Numbered from the stretch's first letter, positions 1 to 13,147 are shown. The stretch: DNA of 64,000 nt from Octopus bimaculoides (GCF_001194135.2 NC_068999.1:4350594-4414593); one strand, 5' to 3'. Notes: generated by a model not told the origin, from the letters alone. Program-made: numbers and translations.

Positions 1-306
1 CGTCACAGAACAAAAGCATGAGAGAGGTGGTGGGGGGCGGGGAGGAGAGTAGAAGACAAGACATAGGGCTGATGTTTTGACATGAGGGATTTTGGAGGGG
101 AGGGGGAGGGGGGTAAAAAGAGAAGTGGGCAAAGAAGGGGATGAGGTGTCGGTTTCCATGAGAACAAGATGTACAATGGTAAACATCATGTGATGTCTAA
201 TTAGACCAAATGTGCTGTATGGGTCAGCATGACCTAGTTTGATTGCATATATTACCTGCAGGCCAGACCTTGTAGAACAAGTCACATACAAGACACCATG
301 AGGAGC

Positions 307-357
<51 letters not shown>

Positions 358-359
358 GT

Positions 360-500
360 TTCTAATTTAGTCACAAGGCCAGCAGCTTTTAAGAGGGGAG
401 GGGTATACTCAATGCCATCAATCCCAGGACTCGAGTGGTACTTTATTTTATTGGCCCTGGAAGAATAAAAAGCAAGTTGATCCAGTTATGGCAATCCTGT
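360..500 (-). mobile_element. SINE family B, 3' part
   Basis: Matches the 3' half of the complete family-B copy at 36659-36894 and the (TAA)n-associated tail GCTGGCCTTGTG...AAATTAGAAACC, reversed. Confidence 0.6.
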
Positions 501-982
501 CTTTTTTGTAGATTTACAACACTGTCCAATAAACTGGGTTTTTTTTTTAAAGATAATGGGATGTGGTTTGAAGGAGATTTGGCTGTTGTTTCTGGCGTTC
601 GAGCAGGGATATCCTCATAGTGTGGCAGGTGGATGTTTAAAAGCACTCGCCTCATCCAGCTGAAATGTCTGCAGCTGATAAGAACCAGAACCAGGGAAAT
701 ACGGAGCAATAAAATGGATTGAAAGCCATTAAACAACATATGTTGACTTAACAAACATTCTTACCAACCCACCTAACATTATTATTATTATCATCATCAT
801 CATCATCATCATTACTATTACTATTATTACTTTATATTTAAATGTACAACCTCCAAACAAGACATTAGTTGAATAATTGAGATAAGATACACACACATTT
901 CCCTGGACATATTTTTAATTAATTTTCACCTCAGTTACATCATAATATTCTGCTATTTTATTCCCTTGATCATCATCATCAC

Positions 983-1018
<36 letters not shown>

Positions 1019-1769
1019 ATCAAACCAAAAAACAAAAAAAAAAACTGGAACAGTCCTTTTCCTGAAAGTGCTATAATTGCTTCCTAAATGGTCGGTGCTG
1101 ATGGCACACGGCAAGTATGATGTTACAGACTCTACAGGCTGTCTGAATCTGCAGACAAAACGAGGGCACTTTTTTTTTTCTTTCTCTGACTACAAATTCC
1201 AAAATACAGTAATGGTAAATTCAGTGTAATCTACATTAAATGATGCAAACCTTCTGGTTTTAAGGCAACATGGAACTACCATTTTAGACGAGGGGAAACC
1301 TAATCGAATGGTGCAGATCTTCATTGTTTGGGGCAAGATGGCACCACTGTTTTAATTGAGAGCAATTCAATGGTATAGACCTTCTGGATTTAGAGTAGAG
1401 TGGTTCAACCATTTTAAAAAGTATTAAGAGTAATATTGGTGAAAGAAGAAATAATTCCGTTAGGCTGGGTATTCTAACTAATTATTGTGCACAAGATGAC
1501 TTTTTCTGCGACCCAGACTAGCAGTTCTTAAACTTATAAACACCAACGAAATATTTCGACCTCATCCCCAACGCATCACCTTTTCCATTCTTTGTTAATG
1601 ACAGTTTATGTTATAATTTCATTAAACAATGCTAATTAGTCCCATCACCCCCTATCAATTTTCCCCTACTCCCTTAGGAACACTGGTTCATAGAATCTCC
1701 AAAGACTAAAAAAAATGAATGCCGGAAGTCCAAGAGCCAACTATTCCTGACATTAGCAAATGCCTTATA

Positions 1770-1990
1770 TTATTTAGTCTCTCCCTCTTATACCCTGGTC
1801 CCTTCGTAGCACTTCTCTCTCAGCTGAGGGGTCCTTGTCTTGCCATGGAAAAAACCCCTGCACTGGTGTCACATCAAAAGCTCTGATGGTACCATGTAAA
1901 AAGCACCCATGTAAAAAGCCTACATGTTGGTGCTATGTAGGAAGCATCCATGCTGGTGCCGTGTAAAAAGCACCCATGCTTTAACCATGT
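1770..1990 (+). mobile_element. RTE-like LINE 3' UTR fragment
   Basis: Repeated CCATGTAAAAAGCACCC units shared with the other LINE-tail copies in the window. Confidence 0.55.
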
Positions 1991-2613
1991 TCACATCCCT
2001 ATACACACGTGTAGCAATATGTGTATACACCACCAACTATATCTACCACCAATGTACATGTGGTACAAAGGCCATGCCCATTGCAGCAGGATTTGAACCT
2101 GTCACTTTGCTATCTGGAATAGAAGAAAATCATTGTCCACTTTGCTCCACCCTACCTCACCACCTTCTCTCCACACACTCAATGAAAATTTAACCAAAAA
2201 ACACAAGAAATAAAAAAAAAAAGAAATCCAATTTAAAATCCGTCACATTTTGAAATGCAAAAAAGATTCGTTTTTTTTTACTTTGTTTTTTTTTTTTATT
2301 CCCCGTCTTTTCTCTCAGTGAGACTGATTTATGTGGAGACATTGGTCTCTATAATGGATTGGCGCTTTCTTCATTGCCAAAGTCAACAACTTATTGACTC
2401 AAAAGGTCTTCTGAGGAACTTCAAAATATTTGCAAAGAATAAAGAAAATATCTTTCCTTTTTTTTTTTTTTAAANNNNNNNNNNNNNNNNNNNNNNNNNN
2501 NNNNNNNNNNNNNNNNNNNNNNNNNNNNNNNNNNNNNNNNNNNNNNNNNNNNNNNNNNNNNNNNNNNNNNNNNNNNNNNNNNNNNNNNNNNNNNNNNNNN
2601 NNNNNNNNNNNNN

Positions 2614-2677
<64 letters not shown>

Positions 2678-3599
2678 CCATTCACATACATAGATATATA
2701 TCTATATACACATACACACTTATACATACATATACATGCACATACAAATACATACATGCACACAAACACACACATATATCATCATCATCATCATTTTAAA
2801 GTCTGCTTTCCATAATGACAAGAGTATACATATATATACATGCATTATATCTATCTATCTATTTATACATATGTATATATTTATAAATACATAGGCAAAT
2901 ATACATACATTGTATTTGATATACAAAACTAAATATTGTAGTAATGTTTTAACATTTTGAAAAGATTTTTTTAAAAACAAACAAAAACTGGTTAAAAATT
3001 AACAAAAACTACAATAAAGGGGGGAAAAATGAAAAAATAAAAGAATTTCCGTTTTATTTACATTTCATGCACCCCTCCTCCTTCCTTCCTTCCCACCCCC
3101 CATCCCAGTTCTATAGTTATGTTGTTAATGGTGTCTTTTAACTGGAGGAGGAGGAGGAGGAGGAAGAAGAAGAAGAAGAAGAAGAAAGAGAGAAAGAAAG
3201 AGGAAGAGGAGTCAACATGAAAACTGGTTTGTACATAGAGATCTAGCAAGTCATGAAAATATGAGAGGTGAAAAGAGAGAGAGAGAGAGAGGAGAAAGGA
3301 CTGGGAGAGAAAGAGAGAGGGGGAGAGAAAGGTGGAGAGAGAGAGAGAGAGAGAATAAGGAAATAGGAAGATTTGAATATTTCAAATTGCAATATATGTA
3401 CACATGCGTGGGACTGCGATGTGTGTGTGTATAAATATATGTGGTGGGAAAGGACCTACACGTATCAGGTCACAGAGGGGGAAGACAGGGAACCCGAGAC
3501 TCCCGCAGGTTTTCTGTGCTTGAAGAGACACGTCAAGCTAAGTAAAAGCGTGGCTGCCCTTGCATAGGGGCTTGTCCCCTACAACCCTCTCCAGCTGAG

Positions 3600-3795
3600 C
3601 ATCCTTAATCTTGCCAGCTCATAAGTGCTGGTGCCATGTAAAAGGCACCCGGTACGCTCTGTTGGGAAGGGCATCCAGCCATAGAAACCATGCCAAAACA
3701 AACAGGGACCCTAAACAGCCCTTCAGATGGTCGGCTCCTGTCAAACAGACCAGCATGGAAAATGGATGTTAAATGATGATGATGATGATGATGAT

Positions 3796-3797
<2 letters not shown>
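3600..3797 (+). mobile_element. RTE-like LINE 3' tail ending in (GAT)n
   Basis: GGAAGGGCATCCAGC...CAGCATGGAAAATGGATGTTAAATGATGATG motif, present more than 10 times in the window. Confidence 0.7.
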
Positions 3798-3878
<81 letters not shown>

Positions 3879-3881
<3 letters not shown>

Positions 3882-4148
3882 GGTGCGGTGAATAAAGTCG
3901 TCTAAATTATGTAGAAATGAAAATAGCACTGACGTCTCATTTTAACGAATATATTTACCAAAATTACATAAAAATATCTTGAAATACTAAAGAGTAATTT
4001 TGTTCAATAAAATCAACATTGGCATCAACTACAGCCTCCAGACGACTTCGGAATCTCCTGCAAGTCTTCTAGATGGTCTCTCTGTTTAAGCTGGTGAATG
4101 CTGCCATAATCCTTGCCTTCAGTTCATCTTTGGTGTTACAAGGAGTTT
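3879..4148 (-). mobile_element. Tc1-like DNA transposon: transposase C-terminus and terminal inverted repeat
   Basis: Minus strand reads TPCNTKDELKARIMAAFTSLNRETI*KTCRRFRSRLEAVVDANVDFIE, a Tc1-family C-terminal helix region with one stop. The end CAGGGTG abuts a (TA)n tract, consistent with a TA target. Confidence 0.8.
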
Positions 4149-5179
4149 AATCTACCAACATTATCATGGATCTTTAAGCACCCAGAAACAGCCATTGGGC
4201 TTATAACACCTTTCTTCCACCCCTTTAATTTTCTCTGTCGTTTATACTTTGTGTAAGTCAGATTTATTAATATAAACATCTACATATTTGTACTTAAACA
4301 TCCATTGTCTGAGAATCTCCAGCTTTTGCTTTCTCTCGGCTTTCATGTATGCATATATATACATATTTTGTGCTTCTTGTCCAAACTATTCTATTAAATT
4401 TAATATATCCAATTTGTATACCTGAATAATTGCCACTATATATCTGGACATGTGTATATTATCCTCATCATCATTTAATGTCTGCTTCCCATGCTGGCAT
4501 GAGTAAATGGTTTGACAGAAAGTCGCAGAACGGAAGACTGTGTCAAGTTTTACCATGGTTTCTATAGTTGGATGCCATTCCTAAACCCATATATATACGC
4601 GTATGCAAATACACACCCACAGACATCTGTGTGTGTGTGTGTGTGTGTTTCTGTTTTCTTCTCTTAACGTAGTGTGTGAACTATAAGCAAAATGTTACCA
4701 AGAAAACATGATCAGGCGAGGCGGAAATATTGCCTAGCTTGGAAATAATAGAAGTTTGATGACAGGAAGAGCAACCAACCACAGAAAAATGAAAAATTGC
4801 CCCCAACAAATCTCGCCCAACCCGTGTAAGCATGACAAAGCAAGGTAATGTTTTCCCCAAGTTCAGACATGTTCCCACGGGTGATTACAAGCAAATAGGG
4901 GTAACTCCAACTAATGATGGTGTTTATGTTATGATGCGATAAAGATTCAGAGAATAAGAGATTCCATGTACCAAAATGTGACTTTTATTCTTAAAGTCAT
5001 CTTTAAGAACAAGAGCTGACCAGTCAGAAATGTCAACAGCATCACCGATTCACAGAAGCGGAGGAATATCAACATTAATACACACACATACACACACAAA
5101 ATCATGTATATGATACATATATGTGTGCACGCGCACGTACACATACATGTGAGTAGACATACAAATACACACACACAAA

Positions 5180-5325
5180 CTTCTTACAGTTTCCATCTAT
5201 CAAATGCCCTCACAAGACATTGGCTGGTGCAAGACCATGGAAGTACACTTGCGTAGGGCTCAGTACAGTGGGATTGAACCCAGAACCACAGAGTTGCAAG
5301 GCAAAATTCTTAACTGTGCAGCCTG
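5180..5325 (-). mobile_element. SINE family A, degenerate tRNA-like 5' half
   Basis: CAGTGGGATTGAACCCAGAACCAC is the reversed B-box region of family A. Confidence 0.6.
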
Positions 5326-5394
5326 TGTTTTTTTTGCCAAAACTTTTAAAATCCCAGCTCTTTTCAAATAATAATAATAATGATGATGATGATA

Positions 5395-5558
5395 ATTATT
5401 TCTACTCTAGACACGAGGCCTTGAAAATTTCGATGGGAAGGGAGCTAGTTGATTACATCGACCCCAGTGTGTAACTGGTACTTAATTCTTCTTCCCCCAA
5501 AAGGATGAAAGACAAAATCGACCTTGGCCGAATTGACTTGAATAATAATAATAGCAAT

Positions 5559-5602
<44 letters not shown>

Positions 5603-5815
5603 GTTTCAAATTTTGGCAAAAGGCCAGCAATTTTAGGGGACGGTGTAAGTCGATTGCATTGACTCCAGTGTTCAACAGGTGCCTTATTTTATCGGCCCTG
5701 AAAGGTCAAAGGGCAAAGCCTGCCTTGGTGGCATTCGAATGTGAATTGTAATGCCAGAAGAAACGTCATTAAGCATTTTGTTTGACGCGCTATTGATTCT
5801 ACCAGCTTGCTGCCT

Positions 5816-5820
<5 letters not shown>
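5395..5820 (-). mobile_element. Two tandem SINE family B copies separated by (TAA)n
   Basis: Both carry GATGAAAGGCAAAGTCGAC-like and TACTTATTTTATCG-like family motifs. Confidence 0.7.
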
Positions 5821-5853
<33 letters not shown>

Positions 5854-6303
5854 TATAATACTTGAGTGACCAAGGACCATACAGATGACAAGATGAAGTC
5901 AGTACCAGTTCATTTAATGCCATCATGTCACAGAATTGCGTGTAAATGCCAAAGCAGAATTCCCTAGATTCCACCTCCAACTTTTGGTCATCTTACATGA
6001 AAGATGGCTTCAAACAAAAAAAAAAAAAAAAATTCTAATTAATTAAATCTGTAAAATTAAAATGCACACACAAAAATGTGCACATACACAGAACAATATC
6101 AATCCCCAGAACTGACAGGAAAAACAAAATAATTTCACAAACAAAGAAATTTTTTTTATAATAAAAAAAAGGCAAAGTATAATAAAAAAAAAACACAAAG
6201 ACATTTCTAGAAGTTTGTTGATAAAGAAAAAAGTAAAAAAAAGATAAATGTAAAAAAATAAAATTTAAAATAAAGAGAAAAAAACACATAAAAATTGACT
6301 TAC

Positions 6304-6350
6304 AAACGCAGTTGGTTGTACGCATTTAACAGACTTTCAGATGTGTTAGC
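6304..6350 (-). other. Candidate 47-nt internal exon of an unidentified gene
   Basis: Acceptor GTTACCCTTTTTCTAG and donor GTAAGT. Only phase 0 is open: ANTSESLLNAYNQLR. Lies in unique sequence; no homology recognised. Confidence 0.3.
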
Positions 6351-6407
6351 CTAGAAAAAGGGTAACAGAATCACTGTTAGCACAACAGACTGTGTAGGAA
6401 ATAAATG

Positions 6408-6439
<32 letters not shown>

Positions 6440-6889
6440 CATACATATAGCCACACACATGCGTATATACATAAGGACACATTCGCACAATTATATTCAC
6501 ACACGTGCATACATATATAAAGACACACATTCACACACATGTGCACATACATGTATAATGGTCGTCGTTGCTGTCATCACTTTCTGTTCGTTCTTCAACA
6601 AGTAGCATGTGATGGAACTAACAGCATCATGCTGTGGTCTTTCTCACCATCTGCTGCACACAACAGAGAAGAACAGCCAGCATTTGTTGTCGTGTCAGGT
6701 TTACACTGTGGACCAAATAATGTATGCTGCTTTTGGACCTAAAAAGGTTCACAGTGACCTAACCAAAGAGCCCTTTCTACTTTGCAGCAACTCTTTGAAA
6801 CTGTTGCACACTCAGTGAGGAGCTGCAAAAAAGCTTGCAGAGGCCACATCTCCTCTGTGCATTTCATTTTGAGCAAGGAAAGTGAAATC

Positions 6890-7286
6890 GTGATGGCACC
6901 TGTACCAGTGGAGCACTAAGAGCATGATCGTTGCCAGAGCACCAGCTGTCTGGCTTCTGTGCCGGTGGCACGTAAATAGCACCATTTGAGCATGATCGTT
7001 GCCAGTACCGCCTGGACTGGCTCCTGTGCAGGTGGCACGTAAAATACACCATTTCGAGCATGGCCGTTGCTAGTACCTCCTGACTGTCCCTCGTGCCGGT
7101 GGCACGTAAAAAGCACCCACTACACTCTCAGAGTGGTTGGCTTTAGGAAGGGCATCCAGCTGTAGAAACTCTGCCAAATCACATTGGAACCTGGTGTAGC
7201 CATCTGGTTCACCAGTCCTCAGTCAAATCGTCCAACCCATGCTAGCATGGAAAGCGGACGTTAAACGATGATGATGATGATGATGT
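6890..7286 (+). mobile_element. RTE-like LINE 3' end with three ~68-bp tandem units and (GAT)n tail
   Basis: ATGATCGTTGCCAG...GGTGGCACGTAAA...CACCATTT repeated three times (6923-7120), then the conserved tail GGAAGGGCATCCAGCTGTAGAAACTCTGCC...GTTAAACGATGATG. Confidence 0.8.
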
Positions 7287-7389
7287 TTCTCTGACTGGAT
7301 GCCCTTCCTATTACCATTCCCTTTACAGCACAGGCTAGGTTTTATTGTGCCACTGGCACTAGAGACAGACAGGGGACTAGACTGAGAAA

Positions 7390-7506
7390 GAGTTTGCACT
7401 CGGTACATCGTATGAAGTTTCTACCAACACCTTTTCTACATACTGAACAGTGCCATCTCCCTGGAGGGATCAGTGATTCATTCGTTTTCCTACTTACTAG
7501 GACTTT
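7390..7506 (-). mobile_element. RTE-like LINE ORF2 fragment (post-RT Cys-rich region)
   Basis: KVLVSRKTNESLIPPGRWHCSVCRKGVGRNFIRCTECKL: CxxC...CxxC PHD-like finger seen downstream of the RT in RTE-type LINEs. Confidence 0.7.
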
Positions 7507-8290
7507 TAGCATCCCAAATATTGGAATCAGCACCTGTACAGCAAATGCATTGTGGGATATTGTCTTGTTGTAAGAGGAGAGACCCCGACTGCCGTTTTTT
7601 ACAGAGTCTGGCATAATATTCTTGGCACATTCTACCTTTATTCACAACACCTTCATATGGTATGTTCTCATCAATGGCAAGGTGTTAGTGCCATTCTTTG
7701 TGTGGAACAGGAGAGACAGACAGAGACTTGATGCACAGGTTTTGGGTTTGGGGGACTGATTTTCCATATTCAACAATCAAATAAAAACCACTTCTTTTGG
7801 ACAAATTCCATTCCCATATCTGTTGGAAACTGTTTTTTGGCATTGTTAAAATTTTGGGGTTACATTAATTTCTCTAACAGTTGCAGATCCAAGCATGTAA
7901 CCATTTGAATTTTGCAGCAGGAATGCTAATGGATTTAATGCCAAAATAAACAGAATTACAGGAATGCAATCTCCTTGGAATGTTCCCATAAAATATTTAC
8001 AACACTGGATACAACCGTTCCACTCACAGTTGTAAGTGTGAGGGTTGTGGATCAGGTCTTTGTGAGCCTCCCAATGGCAGTGACTAACGTAGAATGTACA
8101 TCTGCTAAGTGCAGAGACTTCAACAGGCATAAATGGGGATTAGAGTCAAATGCTTTCCTATAATCAAACCATAATTTTACACAGTTTCTGCAGTATCTTC
8201 GGAGAGGACAGATTGGTTTATCAAAAGTTATTCGGGACATTCTCAGACTCATTTCTTTCCACCTTCCTGCTTATCAGTCACTGTGTTGTT
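7507..8290 (-). mobile_element. Decayed R4/Dong-clade non-LTR retrotransposon RT
   Basis: Collinear motifs across frameshifts and stops: DKQEG..ECPE*LLINQSVL (EQKGC...QLLIDK-like), WFDYRKAFDSNPH, GTFQGDCIPVILFILALNPLAFLL, KQFPTDMGMEF, NKTISHNAFAVQVLIPIFGML. Confidence 0.8.
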
Positions 8291-9319
8291 GGACTCACAA
8301 CAACCATGTATGCATGCATGCATACATACATATGTGTGTGTACATGGCGGGGGGGGGGGTATGTGTATACACATGTAAAGTCTTGTGCAGGTAAGGAAAG
8401 AGCCATGTATTTAATATAGCAAAAAATGAGAGAAACAGAATGAAAGAAGAAATTAACAAAGTTATAAGAATGACAACTTTTAGAAAATTAGTTGTCACCT
8501 GTAAATGAAGGAAATATACCTGAGAGGACAATCAAGATGTCTTTAATTTGATTTGATTTTTGAAGTGGAAAAAGAATATAAAACAACACAAAACTGACCA
8601 TGAATATCTTTTGATATTACTAATCCGTATAATTGTCCAGATCAATGTTGTAACGAGATCAGAAATATTAAAATGGCTGTCATACCAACACGGACAACAT
8701 CAAATGAGTTCTGTCTTGGTTTTTTGCATCAGTATCTTGTATCTGTCCTCAAATGGCCACAACATAAAAAGACAGAGTCCGACCTGAGGCAGCATGGGGA
8801 AACGGACATTAAATTATGAAATCTAATTAATTTGTAGGCAGGAGCGTTTGGGCAAAAGAATGGTCGAAATGAAACTGGAAGAAAATGTCACCAGAACTTG
8901 AAAGAAATAACTTGAAGAGATAGAAAAATGCATTCAAAAGCAAGAATCTGAAATTTATGAATGAAATATAATTTAGATGATATAATAAAGAATTATAATT
9001 AAGAAGAATGAGAGAAACAGGACAAAGAATATTGTGGAAGACTTTAGAACCTTCCATGGAATCGGCACCATCTATACTTACAACTCTTTGGTCAAAGAGT
9101 TGTAACAAATTCTCCTTTTTCCCTTTCTTCTTCTGTTTCTTTCTGTTTCACCATTCCACTTTTTGAATCCGCTTTCATCTTGTTTTCTCTTGTGATATCT
9201 CTTGTTTTTTTGTCCCAATTAAACATTACTTGGAGATACAAGGCACGTTTTAAAACTTGCCTAGATAATATTTTCAATGTATGAAACTATTAGTAGTTGA
9301 TAACTATATACTGTGTACA

Positions 9320-9590
9320 GTAAACAATCATCATCATCATCATCGTTTGACGTCCACTTTCCATGCTGGCATGGGTTGGATGATTTGACTGAGGACTGAC
9401 AAGCCAGGAGGCTGCCCCAGGCTCCAATCTGATCTGCCAACCATTCCGAGAGTGTAGTGGGTGCATTTTATGTGCCATCAGCACGGGGGTTAGTCAGGTG
9501 GCACTGGCAATGACCACACTCGAATGGTGCATTTTACATGCCACCAGTATGGGAGCCAGTCAGGCTGCACTGGCATCAACCACGCTTGCA
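9320..9590 (-). mobile_element. RTE-like LINE 3' tail
   Basis: (CAT)n followed by CGTTTGACGTCCACTTTCCATGCTGGCATGGGTTGGA, the reversed tail. Confidence 0.75.
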
Positions 9591-9679
9591 TTCGCTTTCA
9601 AAAGGGTTTGTTTCTGAAGGATCAAGAATATATTTGTTACGGAAGTAACTAAGCAGAGAAACACGAAATGCTGACTAAC

Positions 9680-9741
9680 CTGAAGCCCATTCACTGGGTT
9701 TGTTCAATGTTTAAACATTTTGGAATAAGTTCACTTGAAGC
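9680..9741 (-). other. Candidate 62-nt exon, non-coding or UTR-type
   Basis: Strong acceptor TTTTCCTCGTTTTCTTGCAG and donor CAG/GTTAGT. All three frames contain stops; an ATG lies 11 nt before the donor. Confidence 0.3.
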
Positions 9742-10384
9742 CTGCAAGAAAACGAGGAAAATAATCAGTGAGATGTCTTTTAATTAGATTAATATAAATA
9801 GATGAATACAACAGAAAGAAATAATTAATTAAATTGAGGAGTAAAAATGCTTTCGGGGAATTTATGACAACTGATATCATTCAATTGTGATGGCAGTCGT
9901 CGTCTAAAAATATATTTTGACATTAAAACAAAGGATTTTAAAAAAAATATATCTCTACAATTTGCAACATCTAAAGGAGAACTAATAGATCTTCTTCACA
10001 GAACTGTGGTATAAGTTATTCCAATGACTTAGTCTTCAACAGCATGGTGGTGGTGGTGGTAGTAGTAATAATAATAATTATAATTATTATTATTATTATT
10101 ATTGTTATTGTTGTTGTTTCTAATTTAGACACAAGGCCAACAATTTTAAAGAAAAGGTGGATTAGCCAATCATGTTGACTCAGTTCTTGTCTGACACTTT
10201 ATTTTTTTGACCCACGAAGGACAAAACACAAAGTTCACCTCAGCAGATTTGAACTCAGAACAAAGTTTTGGAAGAATTTTTATCCTCTGAGTATAAATCT
10301 CCACACTTCACAATGGTTCTTCAAGGACTTAACTGCAATGGTACCCAGGTTTCCTCTCAAAATTTCTTGCTCTAAACAATAAAA

Positions 10385-10635
10385 TGAATTGATATGAAAT
10401 TGACATGCAAGTGGCTGAGCACTCCACAGACACACGTACCCTAAACGTAGTTCTCAGGGAGATACAGTGTGACAAGAGTGGCCCTTTGAACTGCAAGTAC
10501 AACTCATTTTTGCCAGCTGAGTAGACTGGAGCAATGTGAAATAAAGTGTCTTGCCCAAGGACACAATGTGCTACCAAGAAGTGAACTCACAACCTTACAA
10601 TGGTGAGCCGAATACACAAACCGTTAAGCCACGCT
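10385..10635 (-). mobile_element. SINE family C (tRNA head plus CCTTGGGCAAGACACTT CORE-like motif)
   Basis: Reversed GGCTTAACGGTT...GTGAGTTCACTTC head, CCTTGGGCAAGACACTTTATTTCAC and the body shared with 36545-37095. Confidence 0.75.
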
Positions 10636-11452
10636 CCTACCAACAATAACAACAGCAGGAAATAAATCCTCTGAATGACACCATCTGAGAGTGGAGACTA
10701 GAGTGAAGGGGAAACTAGAGTGGAGGAAAAACTAGAGTGGAGGGAAGACTTGAGAGGAGTTCGAGGGGGGGGGGACATCATTTCACTTGTAATGTGTGTG
10801 CAGTCTCCATTGTCCTGCTCCACACCCAGAATGTGGAGATTGGCAGAGATAGTTGATGTTTAGTTAATAAACGAGGTTAACAGTCATTAATTAGTAATTA
10901 CCATACAGGTAGAAAACAACAAGAGAGTGGGTGGAGTAGGAGAGAATAAACATTTCCTGAGTTCTTGTCTATGAAGATTCGTTGGAAGGAGAGAGAAGTC
11001 GTAGTTAGGGGAGAGGGCACAGAGTTTCTACGACTACAACTGTTCTAAGAATTATCATTTTTCCAAAAAACTATGATCAATAAACAGGCATATTTCCTTG
11101 TACTTATCATCTGGCTTTAGTTCAAGATATCACAAGAATGACAAGGAAACACCCAAGATTTTGGCAATGGTAACCACAACAAAATGTGCATGTATGCATG
11201 CATGTATGCGTTTGTGTTTATGCAAATTTTGGGAGTGGGTGGAAACACCCCCGACAGTTTTGCAGTTGAATTTTTCTTGATGTCAGCTTTCCTGCATTCC
11301 CTTTGCCAAGCTTTTCCCAATCCATACATCACCCTCCACCACCCGACCATTCACCCCCCACCCACCTGGAAAACTGCATTTTATCTACAAAAACATCCTC
11401 ATTAATCCCCTCCCCCCACTGGTGTCTTCCTTCAACAAAAGACTAAACATGC

Positions 11453-11531
<79 letters not shown>

Positions 11532-13147
11532 TTGTGTATGTGTTCATATATATGTGTGTGTATGTAATATATAAATGAAGCACCGAGATAGCAGGTAACT
11601 TGTAAATAAATTTATGCCTTTTAACGAACATCCAGTTTGTCTGACTGTCCAAATACTACCACCCCTGATACTATCACTCTTGATTAAATCACAGGATTCT
11701 TTCAGTCAGACAAACATGAAAAAAAGCTCAACTAGTTTCACCGGGTCATTGCCAACTCATCAGGAATGGCCACTACTTCAGTGGGACTGAACCTGGAACC
11801 ATGTGGTTGGGAAGCAAGCTTCTTACCACAGAGCCACACCTACACCCATGAGAGTACAGTGGAGGAGGTGATTTGAATTTGATAAGGGGTCATAATAAGA
11901 GGTGAATAAGAATAAGAAAATGATAACTTCAAAAGAGTACAAGACAGCAAATGTACCAACAGAAAGAGTACGTGTAAAAGAGGACAAAAGTAATTTTAGA
12001 AGAGTTTCTGAAGCCACAAGTGGAGAGCACAAAAGGAAGGGAGGTAATTGGCAAATGTCGACCATCACCACCGGCCATGGCTCCTAATTTTATTTTCTTT
12101 GAGGGAATTCTGAAGGTTTATAAAAGATTCATATTAAGAAAAGAAATATGAATGAACATGAAATTGGGGTCAGACAGTTGCCCCACTGTTAGGGGTGGGG
12201 GTGGCAGTGGGGAGAGTAACTCTGGTCACATTTAACTGCTAGGAAAAGTAGGTTTTTCTAGATTGTTCTTTGACGTTTTTATAAATATTGATAAACAGGA
12301 AGTGAAAAGGGGAAGAGAAATGCTTGGTTAGATACAGAGCGTGGTGCTAATGGTTTATTTATGTATGGTGTTGTATGAGAGCGGGGTGGAAAGATATGCG
12401 CGCGTGTGTGTATGTGAGTTTATATAAACACACACACACACACACACGTACGTGCACATGGTGCCTAAGCAATAAAAAAGCTGATTTCTCAAGTAACAGG
12501 ATATATAAATGGGGTACATAGTGGTACTTATTGTTGTATAGCTCCAGGTCAGGCCTATGATTAAAGGCATTCCAACTGTGACCATCACTGTGATTTTGTA
12601 TAACTGGAGTTACACTGATCAAGGTGTCCTTCCTTTTTTTAAAGGCAGTATGGTGTGATTTGAGGTAATTTGGCAGCTATTTCTAGCAGGTATAGTGAGG
12701 CATCCTCTTCAACCAGATTGTTCTTGTTATTTACTTCCCAACCAACACTGACAGACATTCCAATCATGACCGCCTCGTCTTTTTTAGAATTATGTATGAC
12801 TTCATTATCAAATAATTCCTTTCCTTATCTAAGAAAAAAACTAGGTCGAGATTTGAATGAGATTTGGCTCCTATTTCTGTCAGCTTAAGGTGATTGCATA
12901 CAGATCCCTTCACTAGCCAAATAACTGGGGTTAGGTGTAGCAGGGTAGGTAGGTAGGTAGGTAGTGAAGGGAGATAATAGGGGTGTAGAGAAGGGGGTAA
13001 CTGGAACAAACAAGTAGCTGACATGCCATCTTCTGGAATTCTCTTCCTGCATTAACCAAAATATACATCTGCGTTTGCTACTTTCCGATCCTCCCCACCC
13101 AAAAATGTAAATCCCCCACCCCGTTAGAACCAGGCCTTCTACTACTA

